Source of the DNA: Azolla caroliniana | Taxonomy: Eukaryota > Plantae > Polypodiophyta | Assembly: GCA_043228905.1 (NCBI GenBank) | Contig: JBHGNT010000018.1 | Location: 6,262,001-6,326,000, forward strand | Reading direction: 5' to 3' | DNA: 64,000 nucleotides | Part shown: in pieces, positions 24,003 to 36,800 of the stretch | How positions within the stretch are numbered: position 1 is the first letter of the stretch | Layout of the letters: every line of letters starts with the position of its first letter | Notes under the pieces: generated by a model | The model's database searches: none | The model's input: the letters and a program-made list of their open reading frames with translations, nothing else | Told to the model about the DNA's origin: nothing | Translations under genes and position numbers: made by a program

Positions 24003-26790
24003 GTGCCGAGTGGTCAAGCGGCTAACAATGTTGACGACAACAACGGAGGAAGCCGACTCACGACGATGACAAACTCCCAAGTGGCATGGGAGATAGGAGC
24101 AAGCAAAGTGTTGTACTACCTCGCGTCCTATGTGCACGATCAGATGCTCGGCTATATCAGAGACGCAAAATCGTCAAAGGAGGCTTGGGAAACTCTCAAA
24201 TAGATTTTTGCCACCAGTACCACAACCCATAAGTTGCAGCTCTAGCAAGAGCTCAACATCATCCGACAGAGGGACATGTCGGTAACGAATTACACCACCA
24301 AGATCAAGGACATTTACGACGCACTAGGGTCCATCAACGTGATGGTGGACAAAGACGAGATGGTCCAGATCTTCCTTGGTGGTCTAACGCAAAGGTACGA
24401 CCCTATCCAGACAACAATTTGCACCCAGGAGAAACCATTGTCCTTCGACCTACAATCGATGCTAACGGTCGAGGAAAACCACGCGAGTGGGTGGAGGACC
24501 ACTCAACCAGACAACCGGATGTTGTACACGGAGGCGGATCGGCCCCATGGGCGTGGAGGAAGAGTTGGGTTGGCACACAATAGAGGCAGCCGGCAAGAGC
24601 AGAATCGGAGGCACAAGAATAGTGCCGACAACAATTCTGAACCCTCCACAAGTAGGCGGAGTAAAGGCGGCGCCGAAAACCGGCAATCAAAAGTCAATAC
24701 GGATTGTTGGTATTGTGGCAAGAAAGGCCACAAAGAAAGCGAGTGTTGGAAGAAGCGAGCCGATTCACATAAATCCGGATCTGGCAAGACTGGACAAGGG
24801 AACCGATAGAGCTCTCACTACGCCGAAGGATTAGAAGGATCCGGAACTGGAAAGACCGGAAGAGGACCAGCCTTCGTGAGGAAGCACGAGGCGAACTCGA
24901 TGAAGAAGAACACTTCTGATTCGGAGGAAGTGTGGTACGTTGATTCCGGAGCATCAAACTATATGAAGAACCACAAAAAGTGGTTCTCATATCTGGAAAA
25001 ACCGGAGCAACCGGGTGTCGTCGAAAACGGAGACGACACTCCTCACCCAATGGAGCATGTCGGAGAAGTCCCTTTGAGTCATGTCGGACAAAAGGGAAAG
25101 TTGATGAATGTTTTACATGTTCCAACAATCACGAAGAACCTGATGTCGATCAGACAGATCGTTGACTAGGGGATGCAAGTGCGGTTTACACACCTCAGGT
25201 GCTTCATCAACGAAGAGGTTCAGATCATCGCGCAAGGGCGCCGGGACGGGAGGATCTTCATCCTCGACACCAATGACATAGGCACCACTTTGTTCGCAAA
25301 AGGATAGAAAGTCGAGTTGGATATCAACTTGTGGCACAAGCGGATCGACCACGTCAATTATCAAAGGCTTCAAGACCTGCAGTCAAAATAGGTCGTGTTC
25401 GGACTGCTGAAATACAGTGGCTGGAAGGCCCGAATTTGTGAAGCATGCTAGCTCGGGAAGCAACACCGGCTTCCATTCCCCACCAAAAGAAATTGGATCT
25501 GTAACAAGCTCGACTTAATACATTCAGAAGTATGGGGACCGGTACAGAATGTTAGTCTTGGCGAGAGTCCATATTTTGTCTCCTTCATCGACGACTACAG
25601 CCGGCACTCATGGATCTATCTCATCGAGAAGAAAAGTGAAGTCTTCAACTGTTTCCGGAACCTAAAAAGCCTTGTCAAACGGGAAACGGAGAGTAAGATC
25701 AAGTGTGGTTTACGCACCTCGGGTGCTTCATCGACGAAGAGGTTCAGATCATCGCGTAGGGGTGCCGGGATGGGAGGATGTTCATCCTCGACACCAACGA
25801 TGTAGGCACTACTTTATTCACAAAAGGATAGAAAGTCGAGTCGTATATCAACTTGTGGCACAAGCGGATTGGCCATGTCAAATATCAAAGGCTTCAGGAT
25901 TTGTAGTCGAAACAGGTCGTGTTCGGACTATCGAAATTCAGTGGCTGGAAAGCCCGAATTTGTGAAGCCTGCCATCTCGGGAAGCAACATTGGCTTCCAT
26001 TCCCTACCAAAAGAAACAGGAGTCGTAACAAGCTCGACTTAATACATTCAGACGTGTTATGGGAACCAGCACAGAACGTTAGTCTTGGCGAGAGTCGATA
26101 TTTTGTCTCCTTTATCGACGACTACAGCCGGCACACATGGATCTATCTCATCTCATCAAGAATAAAAGTGAAGTCTTCGACTGTTTCCAAAACCTACAAA
26201 GCCTTGTCGAATGGGAAATGGAGAGTAAGAGTAAGTGCCTGCAGTCGAATGACAGAAAAAAATACTTTTCCAGCCAATTCAACAGCTACCTACAACAGAA
26301 GGGAATTTTGAGAGAATTGAGTTGCAGATATACGCTAGAACAAAACGGCGTTGCCGAGAGGAAGAATCGGTCAATTGTGGAAGCGGCACAAGCAATTCTT
26401 GAGGAGGAAAGCATGTCCAAGTTCTACTAGACCGAGGCAGTCCGGACGGCCGTCTACATCTAGAATCAGATCGGGGAGAAGGTGTCAGCACATGAGTTGT
26501 ATTTCGAGCGGAAGCCGAATTTAAGCCACCTTAGGGTATTCAATAGCATAGCCTATGTGCATGTACCGGATGAGAAGAGAAGGAGGTTAGATACGAAGTC
26601 GGAGAAGTGCATATTAGTCGGCTACTCACATGAGCAAAAGGGGTATAAGTGTTATAACCCCCGGACAAAGACAGTCTGAGTAAGCCGAGATGTCAAATTT
26701 GACGAGTCGGCATCCTGGTACTCTCTACCGTCTTCGACCCCCGATTGGGACCCGATTCCAAAAGATGAGGCCAGTGAGCCCGAAACAATC
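24003..26790 (+). mobile_element. Truncated Ty1/Copia (family A) gag-PR-IN fragment without LTRs
   Basis: Gag ..KEAWETLK, zinc knuckle CWYCGKKGHKESEC, PR WYVDSGASN, IN FIDDYSRHTW and QNGVAERKNR. Homologous to A1 and A2. Internal tandem duplication 25176-26237. Confidence 0.9.
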
Positions 26791-27690
26791 AGTTGTTGGA
26801 TTCCGTATTGACGGCGAAGGACCAAGTACTATATGTCTTCAAGGAGTTCCAAGCAAGAGCCGAGAGAGAGACCGGATGAAAATTGAAAGCAGATAACGGA
26901 GGAGAATACCGAGGGCAGTTCAAAGAGTATTGTTGATTGAAGGGAATTTGGCTCGAATACACCGTGCCGAAGACGCCAAAGCGTAATGGGTCGTCATGGA
27001 GAGAGTCTGGAGCATGCTTGCACATACAAAACTGTCCAAGAAGTTTTGGGTTGAGGCGCTGATGACAACGGTTTACATGATAAATAGATCATCCTTAGTA
27101 CCCTTGGACGGAGATATTCCACAAAGGGTGTTGTGAATGTTAATGTGCGGAAGCGTCAGACAGAACTGGTTCAATCGGATAGCAACAAAAAATGAGATGA
27201 AGGTTTAATGGAAAAGCTTCAAAAACAAAGGAGACAGAGAGAGCAGAACATAAAACTATATTCAAAAATTAGCTCTAAAACTCTATAGATACAACATGCT
27301 AAACAACACTATTTATACAAGTCCATAAAGAACTGACAAAAGTATTGATAGGTACTTCAATGCTCACAAGTGCGATTGACACTAACTACGAGACAATGAT
27401 TACCTAGTAGTCTAGGCTACTACTAGGCTTCCGGTTCCCGCTCGAATCCGGCTCCCCGATCCAGCCGGTTGTTTTCGGATACCGATCCAGCTCATCCTTC
27501 CGGATGCCAATCCGGCTCTGGCTTATTCAGCCGATCCGGATCCGGTTGAACTTGCTCGCTCAACACTCCCCCTCAAGCTCAACTTGAGGTTAGATCATGG
27601 TGTTAGTGTCCGCGACAACCGATTCTTCTACCCGGCTCCTTCTGGCGTTGCTCCGCCTCGCTCGCCTTCCTCATCCGGTCTGGTCTGGTT

Positions 27691-28155
27691 CTACACACCT
27701 CGACCTCCTCGGTCTTCTTGTTTGCTCAACAAGCCCATTTCAGCTCCCTCATTACTGCGACTCTGACGCTTGTCGACCCGTCGATTCCTTCGGGTTGGCG
27801 TCGACTTCCGCTGCGTCCGTGTCCAGTTGGCCTTTAGTTGATCCGGCTTCTCCGAATCTTGAACCGAATCGGTTTCCTTCAATTCATTCCAGCTCTTGTC
27901 CGAGTCGGTGTTCTCCAACTCTTCTTCTGGTTTCAGGCCCTTCACCACACCGGACCATGTCCGGGTCTTGGCCATTTTCTTCCAGTCGGCTCTATCCTTC
28001 TTGACTCTACTACCGTTGCCGCTCGTTCCGACCTTTTCGGATGTACCGACTCTTCGGTCAACTCGACTTCCTTTTTCCTCTTGTCTCCCCCTTTGTTGGT
28101 TCTTTCTTCCTCTCCGGCTCCTTGTCCGGTGCCATCCATTCCCTTTCCTTTTCAC
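27691..28155 (-). other. Extra basic/charged ORF (about 155 aa) between RNase H and the 3' LTR of A1
   Basis: Open and homologous to 34279-34740 in A2 (KTRTWSxVVKGL, RKSTPTRRNRR, same TAG stop). Function unknown. Confidence 0.5.
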
Positions 28156-30191
28156 CCCCTCAAGTGCGGCACGTCGAGATGCTGAACACCAAGCATTTCA
28201 GTGAAGTGTTGCAACTTGTCCGATCTGAGCGGTTTGGTGAAGATATCGGCAATTTGATGATCTGTCTGAACATACCGAAGTTCTACTTCACCGCTCAAAA
28301 CCCGCTCACGCACAAAATGATAGTGGACTTCTATGTGCTTCGTCTGAGCATGGAACACGGGCTTCTTGGCGAGCTAAATGTTGCTCATGTTGTCACAATA
28401 AAGCAGGATCGGGGTCGGGACCTCAACCCGCAGGTCTTGGAGCAGTCACCGAAGCCAAATGGCTTCACAGGTGGCATTGGTAGCGCCCCAGTATTCAGCC
28501 TCAGTGCTTGACAGAGCCACTGTTGGCTGTTTTTTGCTGCTCCATGCAATAGCCGCGCTACCCAGAGAAAACATATAACCAGAGGTGGATCGGCGATCCG
28601 ATGCATCACCGATTCAATCGGCATCTGTATATCTGACTAGTTCTTCGATTATACCATGTCGGTATAATAGTCCCCAGTCCTTCGTGTCGCTCACATATCG
28701 CAATATCCAGTGTGCGCAATGAAGGTGCTCGACGGTCGGCTTTTGCATGAACTGGTTGATCACTCCGACCGGGTAGCTAAGGTCGGATCGAGTTATTGTC
28801 AAGTGTATCAGGCTTCCGATGATTTGTCGGAACCGTTTCTCATCGCAGGCCGGTCCGGAGTTGGGACATAGCTTCTGGTTCCAGTCCAGGGGTGTGGAGA
28901 CAGGTTGGCATTCCGTCATGCCAAACTTGTACAGCATATTCAACACATAGTGTCAATGTGAGACAATATGTTGTCGGGGGTTTGGATCACCTCAATCCCA
29001 AGAAAATAATGAAGGTCCCCCAGGTCCTTCATTTCAAATGCGTCCGACAGCTGGGACTTTACTCGGCCGATTTCATTGAGTCTGGGCCCGGTGATTACTA
29101 AATCGTCAACATAAAGTAGGATGCAAACCGGACCATCCAAACGTTTCCGGATGAACAACGACGAGTCAGATTTAGAGGTCACAAACCCCATCTTATGCAA
29201 CCGGTGCGTGATCTTCGCATTCCAAGCTCGGGGGGGTTGTTTCAAACCGTAAAGCGACTTCTTGAGCCGGCACACCGCCGACTTGTTCATCTTCGACTGA
29301 AAACCGGGAGGTTGGATCATATAGACCCGTTCTTCAAGGTCACCTTGAAGAAATGCATTCATCACGTCCATCTCGTGAAGATGCCACCCCCTTGCCGCAG
29401 CAACCACCAATACCAAACAAACCGTCGTCATCCTCGCTACCAGGGTGAAGGTCTTGTCGTAATCGATTCCCTGGGTCTTTGCGTATCCCTTCGCCACTAA
29501 CCGGGCCTTGTACCGGTTAACCGAACCGTCGGCATTGTACTTTACCTTGTACACCCATTTGCAACCGATCGTTTTACAGTGTCGGGGAGGGTCAACGAGG
29601 TCCCATGTGTCATTGGCATTTAGTTCCCGCACTTCTTCGTCCATAGCGGCACGCCAATTTGTGTCCTTTGCCGCTTCTGCGTAGCTCTCCGGCTCACGCA
29701 CTTCCACCACCTTAGTCATGAACGCATAATGATGCGCCATGTAGTCATTGTACCCGTACCGTGTAATGGGGTTCTTCAAGCGGGAAGACCGGCGTAACTT
29801 TGTATTACCCGGTTTGGGGCCCTTCTTGGCCAGGTCGGACTTCGTTGCCGAAGATCCGCCTTCATCCTTTCCGGAGTCGAATTCGCTCCGATCCGACTCA
29901 ACGTTGCCGGTTTCGTATTCTGGCATCTTATTCTTCCCCTTCTCTTTGCGCATGAACCATCTCCTCGGTTCCTTGCGCGGGGAGAGCACAGCAGAGTCTC
30001 CACTACTTGCCGGTTCCTCATCTGAATGGTCATCCCGACTCAACCGCTCATTCCGTTCACTTAGTCGGAATGAGATCGAACTCTCTTCTAGAGTGCTGAA
30101 GTCTTCATCTTCTACCTAGACCTCCTCGGGTTCACTAGCCTCATCTTCCAGAATCGGGTCTTCGTCGGGAGTTGGAGTCGGTAAGGAGTAC

Positions 30192-30649
30192 TATTACAGG
30201 CATGACCATATAATATCCCGTGGTGAGAATTTACAGTAGTATTCTATACATGTGGATAAGTGTGAGGGTTAAATGAGAGTGTAAAGAAGGGGAGGATTAC
30301 TTTTAATCCTCGGGATTGAGACAACCCATTAGGCCAAGTGTGAACTTGCCTGGGGGCCTTGGGTATCGTTATAAATAAGAGGTCGAGCTACCCTCATTGG
30401 ATTATCTTGTTGACTACGTCGAGACTCTGTCTTGTGGTAGGTCAACTCTTGTAGCGAACGCACCAGCACCAAGTACGACTCAATGCCACAACGATGGTAT
30501 GGGACGCCGATCGAGGCTCGAGTCCGTCTTGATCCCTTTACTCGGGGGGTGGTCGGGTGGATCGACACCCTTCTTTCTCTCTCTCTTTTCTATCTATCTA
30601 TCTATATTCTATCCTTATCAAATGCTTACATTAGTACATGTCTCTAATA
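30192..30649. mobile_element. 458-bp solo-LTR-like insertion with TA...TA termini
   Basis: 5-bp TSD AGTAC (30187-30191, 30650-30654). 13-bp imperfect terminal IR TATTACAGGCATG / CATGTCTCTAATA. TATAAATA near 30370. Absent from the homologous site in A2. Confidence 0.8.
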
Positions 30650-31643
30650 AGTACCATGATGCCATCTCATCAAACTCGACATCTCAGCTTACTCAGACCT
30701 GCTTAGTCCAGGGGTTATAGCACTTATACCCTTTTTTCTCATGCGAGTAACCAACTAGAATGCACTTCTCCAACTTCGGATCCAACTTCCTCCGCTTCTC
30801 ATCCAGTACATGCACCTATGATATGCTACCGAATATCCGAAGGTGTCTCAAATTCAAGTTTCGCCCGAAATACAACTCATGTGCTGACACCTTGTCACCG
30901 ATCCAGTTTTGGATGTAGATGGTCATCTGAACCGCTTCAGCCCAATAGAAATGGGGCATGCTCTTCTCCTCCAGCATTGCCCTTGTCACGTCGACAATCG
31001 ACTGGTTCTTCCTTTCGGCCACACCGTTTTGCTCCTGTGTGTACCTGCAGTTGAATTCTCTCCGAATTCCGTTCTGCTGCAGATAATTGTTGAATTGGCC
31101 AGAAAAGTATTCTTTCCCCCCATCCGACCGTAGGCACTTGATCTTCCTCTCCATTTCCCGTTCAACCAAGATTTGAAGGTTCCGGAAACACTCGAAGACT
31201 TCGCTCTTCCTCTCGATAAGGTAGATCCACGTGTGTCGGCTATAGGTGTCGATGAAGGAGATGAAATACCGACTCCCGCCAAGACTAACATTTTGTGTCA
31301 GTCCCCATACATCCGAATGGACTAAATCGAGCTTGTTATGTCTCAAGTTTCGATTGGTGGGGAATGGAAGCCGGTGTTGCTTCTCGAGTTTGCAAGCTTC
31401 ACAAATTTCAGCCTTCTAGCCGCGAAATTTCGGCAAACTGAAAACAACTTGTTTCGATTGCAGGTCTTGAAGCCTCCGATAATTGACGTGGTCTATCCAC
31501 TTGTGCCACAGGTCTATGTCCGATTTGACCTTCTGCCCTTTCGCAAACATATTGGTGCCGATATCATTAGTGTTGAGGATGAACATCCTCCCGTCTCTGC
31601 GCCCTTGCGCAATTATCCGGCCCTCTTCCTCGATGAAGCACCC

Positions 31644-32284
31644 TGAAAAGAGAGAAGATGATAGAAAAGAGAGAGAAGGAAGATATAGAAATCCAAATCT
31701 ACAAAGATATATTAATAAGGAGTGATGATCATAGAAACAAGAGAAAGAAGATACATAAACTCAAGCCTACAAGGATCAATTGATCACTAGAAAAACGCAC
31801 TACATGAATAGGCAAGAAAAACACCACAAGAAAAAAAACTCCTTTTCACCACCTCACCCTTCTTGCTTTATATGAAGTTCTCCTCTAGTAGATAAGTTTC
31901 GCTTGCTTTCTTTTCCACGCTTTTTTTAGAGCTTTTCCATCTCCTATTCTTAGCTATGACACAACGATCTTCTAATCGTCATATCTCCCTCATCCATGCT
32001 CCAAATTTAGAGTTTTAAAAAGCTACGGATAGCTCTCGTCATAAGCTTTCTAACCCATATTTACACGTGATATTTGGGTGTCAAACGAGAGAGTTATGAG
32101 CATTTGTTTCTGACTGCGTTTTGGTGGTCTGCTTTTTCTCTTTTTAACTTTTCTCCATCTTTATTGCTTTTATTTGGACTTATCCACGAGATGTTAGTTC
32201 ATGTCCTTGTCCTCCAAATGTGAATCCTCCATACCTTATATTCTTTTAGTGTCCAATGGCTTGAATTCTAAAAACAGTTTCACA
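31644..32284. mobile_element. 641-bp solo LTR inserted in A1
   Basis: TG...CA termini and 5-bp TSD CACCC (31639-31643, 32285-32289). Absent from the homologous site in A2. Confidence 0.85.
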
Positions 32285-33744
32285 CACCCTAGGTGCGTAA
32301 ACCGCATCTGCATCCCCTGGTCGACGATTTGTCCAACTGACACCAGGTTCTTTGTGATAGTCAGAACGTGTAGTATGTTCATCAGCTTCCCCTTTGTCCG
32401 ACATGTCTTAAAGAGACTTCTTCGACATGCACAATTGGGTGAGGGGTGTCGTCTCCGGTTTCGACAATCCCCAGTTGTTCCGGTTTCTCCAAAAAAGAGA
32501 ACCACTCTTCATGGCTCGTCATGTGGTTGGACGCTCCGGAATCAACGTACCATACTTCCTCCGATCCAAAAGTAGTCTTCTTCATCGAGTTAGCCTTGTG
32601 CTTCATCACGAAGGTTGGCCCTTTACCGGTTTTCCCGGTTCCGGATCCTTCCGATCCTTCCGCATAGTGCGAGCTTTGCCGGTTCTCGCGACCGGTTTTG
32701 CCGGATCCAGATTTGTCCAAATCGGCGCGCTTCTTCCAGCACTCGCTTTCCCTATGGCCCTTTTTGCCACAATACCAGCATTTTGTGTCGGCCTTTGCTT
32801 GCCAGTTCTCGGCGCCGCTTCGACTCCCCCGTCTTGTGGAGGGTCCGGAACTGCTCTCGGCACAACCTCTATGCCTCCGGCCCTGCTCATGTCAGCCGCC
32901 TCCATTGCGTGGCGACCCACCTCATCTACCACATCCATGGGGCCAATCTGTCTCCGTGTACAACATCCGGTCGTCCGATTGAGTGGTCCTTGACCCACTC
33001 GCGTGGTTTTCTTCAACCATCAGCATCGATTGCAAGTCGAAGGACAGCGGTTTCTCCTGGGTGCAAATTGTTATATGGATTGGCCCGTACCTTTGGGCTA
33101 GACCACCGAGGCAGATTTGTACCATCTCGTCTTCGTCCACCGTCACGTTGATGGACCCGAGTGCATCACAAATCTCCTTTATCTTGCTGGTGTAGTCCGT
33201 AACCGACATGTCTCTTTGGTCGATGTTGTTCAGCTCTTGCTGGAGCTACAACTTACGAGCTGTGGTACTTGCGGCGAAAATCTTCCATAGATTTTCCCAG
33301 GCCTCCTTCGGCATCTTTGCATCCTTGATGTAGTTGAGCCTTTGATGGTGCACACCGAACGCGAGACAGTACAGTACTCGACTTGGTCCTTGCTCCCATA
33401 CCGGGAAGTCTTTGTGTGATGGCTCCGGTGCTACTTCATTGTTCCTTCCACGAAGCTCCAATATCCATGCCCCAGCAAGTACTGGTGCATTTTATATGAC
33501 CAGGACGCATAGTTTCTCCGGTCGAGCTTCTTTGTTGGAAGCGAACTCGCCATTCCTCTATCCATATCTTCTCTCTATTTGTTATTACCAGGTTCTAGGG
33601 TTTGTCTATGGAAGCTAATGTTGGTTGCAGAGGTTCTCAACCCTCGCGCTCTGATACCATGTGAATGTTAATGTGCGGAAGCGTCAGACAAAACCGGCTC
33701 AGCCGGATAGCAACAGAAAATGAGATGAAGGTTTAATGGAAAAG

Positions 33745-33796
33745 TGTAGAAAAACGAAGGTGCGGAAGCGTTAGACAACAGGCTAGCTGGATAGCA

Positions 33797-33832
<36 letters not shown>

Positions 33833-36800
33833 ACACACAGAAGGTACGCAGGGGAGAGACAGAAAGAGCAGAACAACTTAAATCTATTATCAACAACTCT
33901 GTAAAATTCTCTATATATATACAATGTGCTCAACATTACTATTTATACAAGTCCTAAGAGGATTGACAGAAGTACATTGTACTTCAATGCTCACACAAGA
34001 GTTTGACACTAACTACGAGACATTAACTACCTAGTAGTCTAGGCTGCTACTAGGCTTCCGGTTACTACTTGATCCGGCTAACCAGCTCAGGCTTATTCAG
34101 CCGATCCGGATCCGGTTGAGCTTGATGCTCAACACTCCCCCTCAAGCTCAACTTGAGGTTGGATCGTAGTGTCAGTCTCCATGGCAATCAGTCCTTCCAC
34201 CCGGCTCCTTCTAGCGTCACCCCGCCTTGCTCACGCTCCTCGTCCGGTCCGGTCCCATTTGCCGCGACCCTTCTGATTCTACGCACCTCGACCTCCTTGG
34301 TCAGCTTGTCTGCTCAACAAGCCCACTTTAGCTCCCTCGTTGTTGTGACTTCGGTGCTTGCCGATTCGTCGATTCCTTCGTGTTGGCGTCGACTTTCGCT
34401 GCCTTCTCGTCCTCTTGGCCTTGAATTGATTCGGTTGTTCCGAATCCGTCTGTTGAACCGAATCGGTTGTCTCCGATTCGTTCCAGCTCTTGTCTGAATT
34501 AGTCGCTCCCGATTCATCTTCCAGTTCTAGGCCCTTCACCACATCAGACCATGTCCGAGTCTTGGCCTTCTTCTTCCGATCGGCTCTGTCCTTCTTGACT
34601 CTGCCGCCGTTGCCACTTGTTCCGACTTGTTCGGATGTGTCAACTTCCTTTGTCGACTCGGCTCCTTTCTTCTTCTTGTCTCTCCCTTTGTCGGTTCTTC
34701 TCTCACCGGCGCAATCGGCAGTTTCATTGCCTTTGCCCATTCAGGTGTCTTTGCCCGTTCTCCCCCTCAAGTTTGGCACGTCGAGATGCTGAACATCAAG
34801 CATTTCGGTGAAGTGTTGCAACTTGTCTGATCCAAGCGGTTTGGTGAAGATGTCGGCAACTTGCCGATCCGTATGAACATACCGAAGATCAACTTCACCA
34901 CTCAGGACACGCTCACGCACGAACTGGTAGTGCACTTCTATATGCTTTGTGCAAGCATGGAATATGGGGTTCTTGGCGAGTTGCATGCTACTTATGTTGT
35001 CACAGTAGATCAGGATCGGGGTTGGCACCTCGACCCGCAAGTCTTGGAGCAGTTGTCGAAGCCAAATGACTTCACAGGTGGCAACAGTAGCACCCCGGTA
35101 TTCAGCCTCAGTGCTTGAAAGAGCCATTGTTGGCTACTTTTTGCTGCTCCACACAACAGTCGCGCTACCAAGGGAAAACATATATCCAGAGGTGGATCGG
35201 TGATCCCATGCATCGCCGGCCTAGTCGGCATCGGTGTAGCCAACTAACTCTTCGGTCATACCATGCCGGTATAACAGTCCCCGGTCCTTCGTGCCGCTCA
35301 CATATCGCAAAATTCGATGCGTGCACAGAAGGTGCTCCACAGTCGGCTTCTGCATATATTGGTTGATCACGCCGACCGGATAACTAATGTCAAGTGGGGT
35401 GATTGTCAAATATTTAAGGCTTCCGATCATTTGTCAGAACCACTTCTCATCGCAGGCCGGTCCGGAGTCGGAACAGAGCTTCTGGTTCCGGTACAGGGGT
35501 GTGGAGATCGGTCGGCATTCCGTCATGCCGAACTTGTATAGCATATTCAACACATAGTGTCTTTGTGAGAGCAATATGCCGTCAGGGGTTCAGATCACCT
35601 CGATCCCAAGGAAATAGTGAAGGTCCCCCAGGTCCTTCATCTCAAATGTGTCCGACAACTGGGACTTGACTCAGTTGACTTCATCGACTCCGAGTCCGGT
35701 GATGACTAGATCATCAACATACAACAAGATGCAAACTGGACCGTCTGGACCTTTCCGGATGAACAACGAAGAGTCGAACTTGGAGGCCTCAAACCCCATC
35801 TTACGCAACCGGTGCGTGATCTTCGCATTCCAAGCTCGGGGGGCTTGCTTAAGGCCATAAAGTGACTTCTTTAGCTGGCATACCGTCGACTTGTTCATCT
35901 CCGACTGGAAACCGGGGGGTTGGGTCATAAAGACCTCTTCTTCAAGATCTCCATGAAGAAATGCATTCTTCATATCCATCTGGTGAAGTTGCCACCCCCT
36001 TGCCGTAGCAACCGCCAACACCACACAAACCATCGTCATCTTCGCTACTGGAGGGAAGGTCTAGTCGTAGTCGATTTCGTGGGTCTACGTGTATCCCTTC
36101 GCCACTAACCAAGCCTTGTATCGGTGAATTGAACCGTCGGCATTGTACTTTACCTTGTACACCCACTTACATCCGATCAGTTTACAGTGTCAAGGAGGGT
36201 CAACTAGGTCCCATGTGTCGTTGGCATCAAGTGCTTACATTTCTTCCTCCATAGCGGTACGCCAATTTGCATCCTTTGCCACTTCTGCATAGCTCTCCGG
36301 CTCACGCACTTCCGCCACCTTGGTCATGTATGCATAGTGATGCCCATGCACTCATTGTACCCATACCGCTTCACGAGGTTCTTCTAGCGGGAAGACCGGC
36401 GTAACTTATCGTTACCCAGTTTAAAGCCCTTCTCGGCCGGTTCGGTCTTCGTTGCCGAAGATCCGCCTTCTTCTTTTTCGAAGTTGGATCCGCTCTGATC
36501 CGACTCACCATTTCCGGTCTCGTGCTTCGGCATCTTCCTCTTCCCCTTTTCCTTACGCGTGAACCGTCTCCTCGGTTCCTTGCGTGGGGAGAGCACGGCA
36601 GAGTCTCCACTACTCACTGGTTCATTTTCCGACTGGTATGTCTGACCCAGTCACTCGTTCGGCCCGCTCAACCAAAACGATTCTGGACTCACGTCTAGAG
36701 TCTCGAACCCTTCATCTTCTAACTGGACCGGTTCAGGCTCACTAGCCTCGTCCTCCGGTATCGGGTCGAGGTCGGAAGTCGGAGCTGGTAAGGCATACCA

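Noticed and set aside
30326-30336. A-box-like TGGCCTAATGG (minus strand) in the TA...TA solo LTR
   Set aside because: No B-box at the expected distance.
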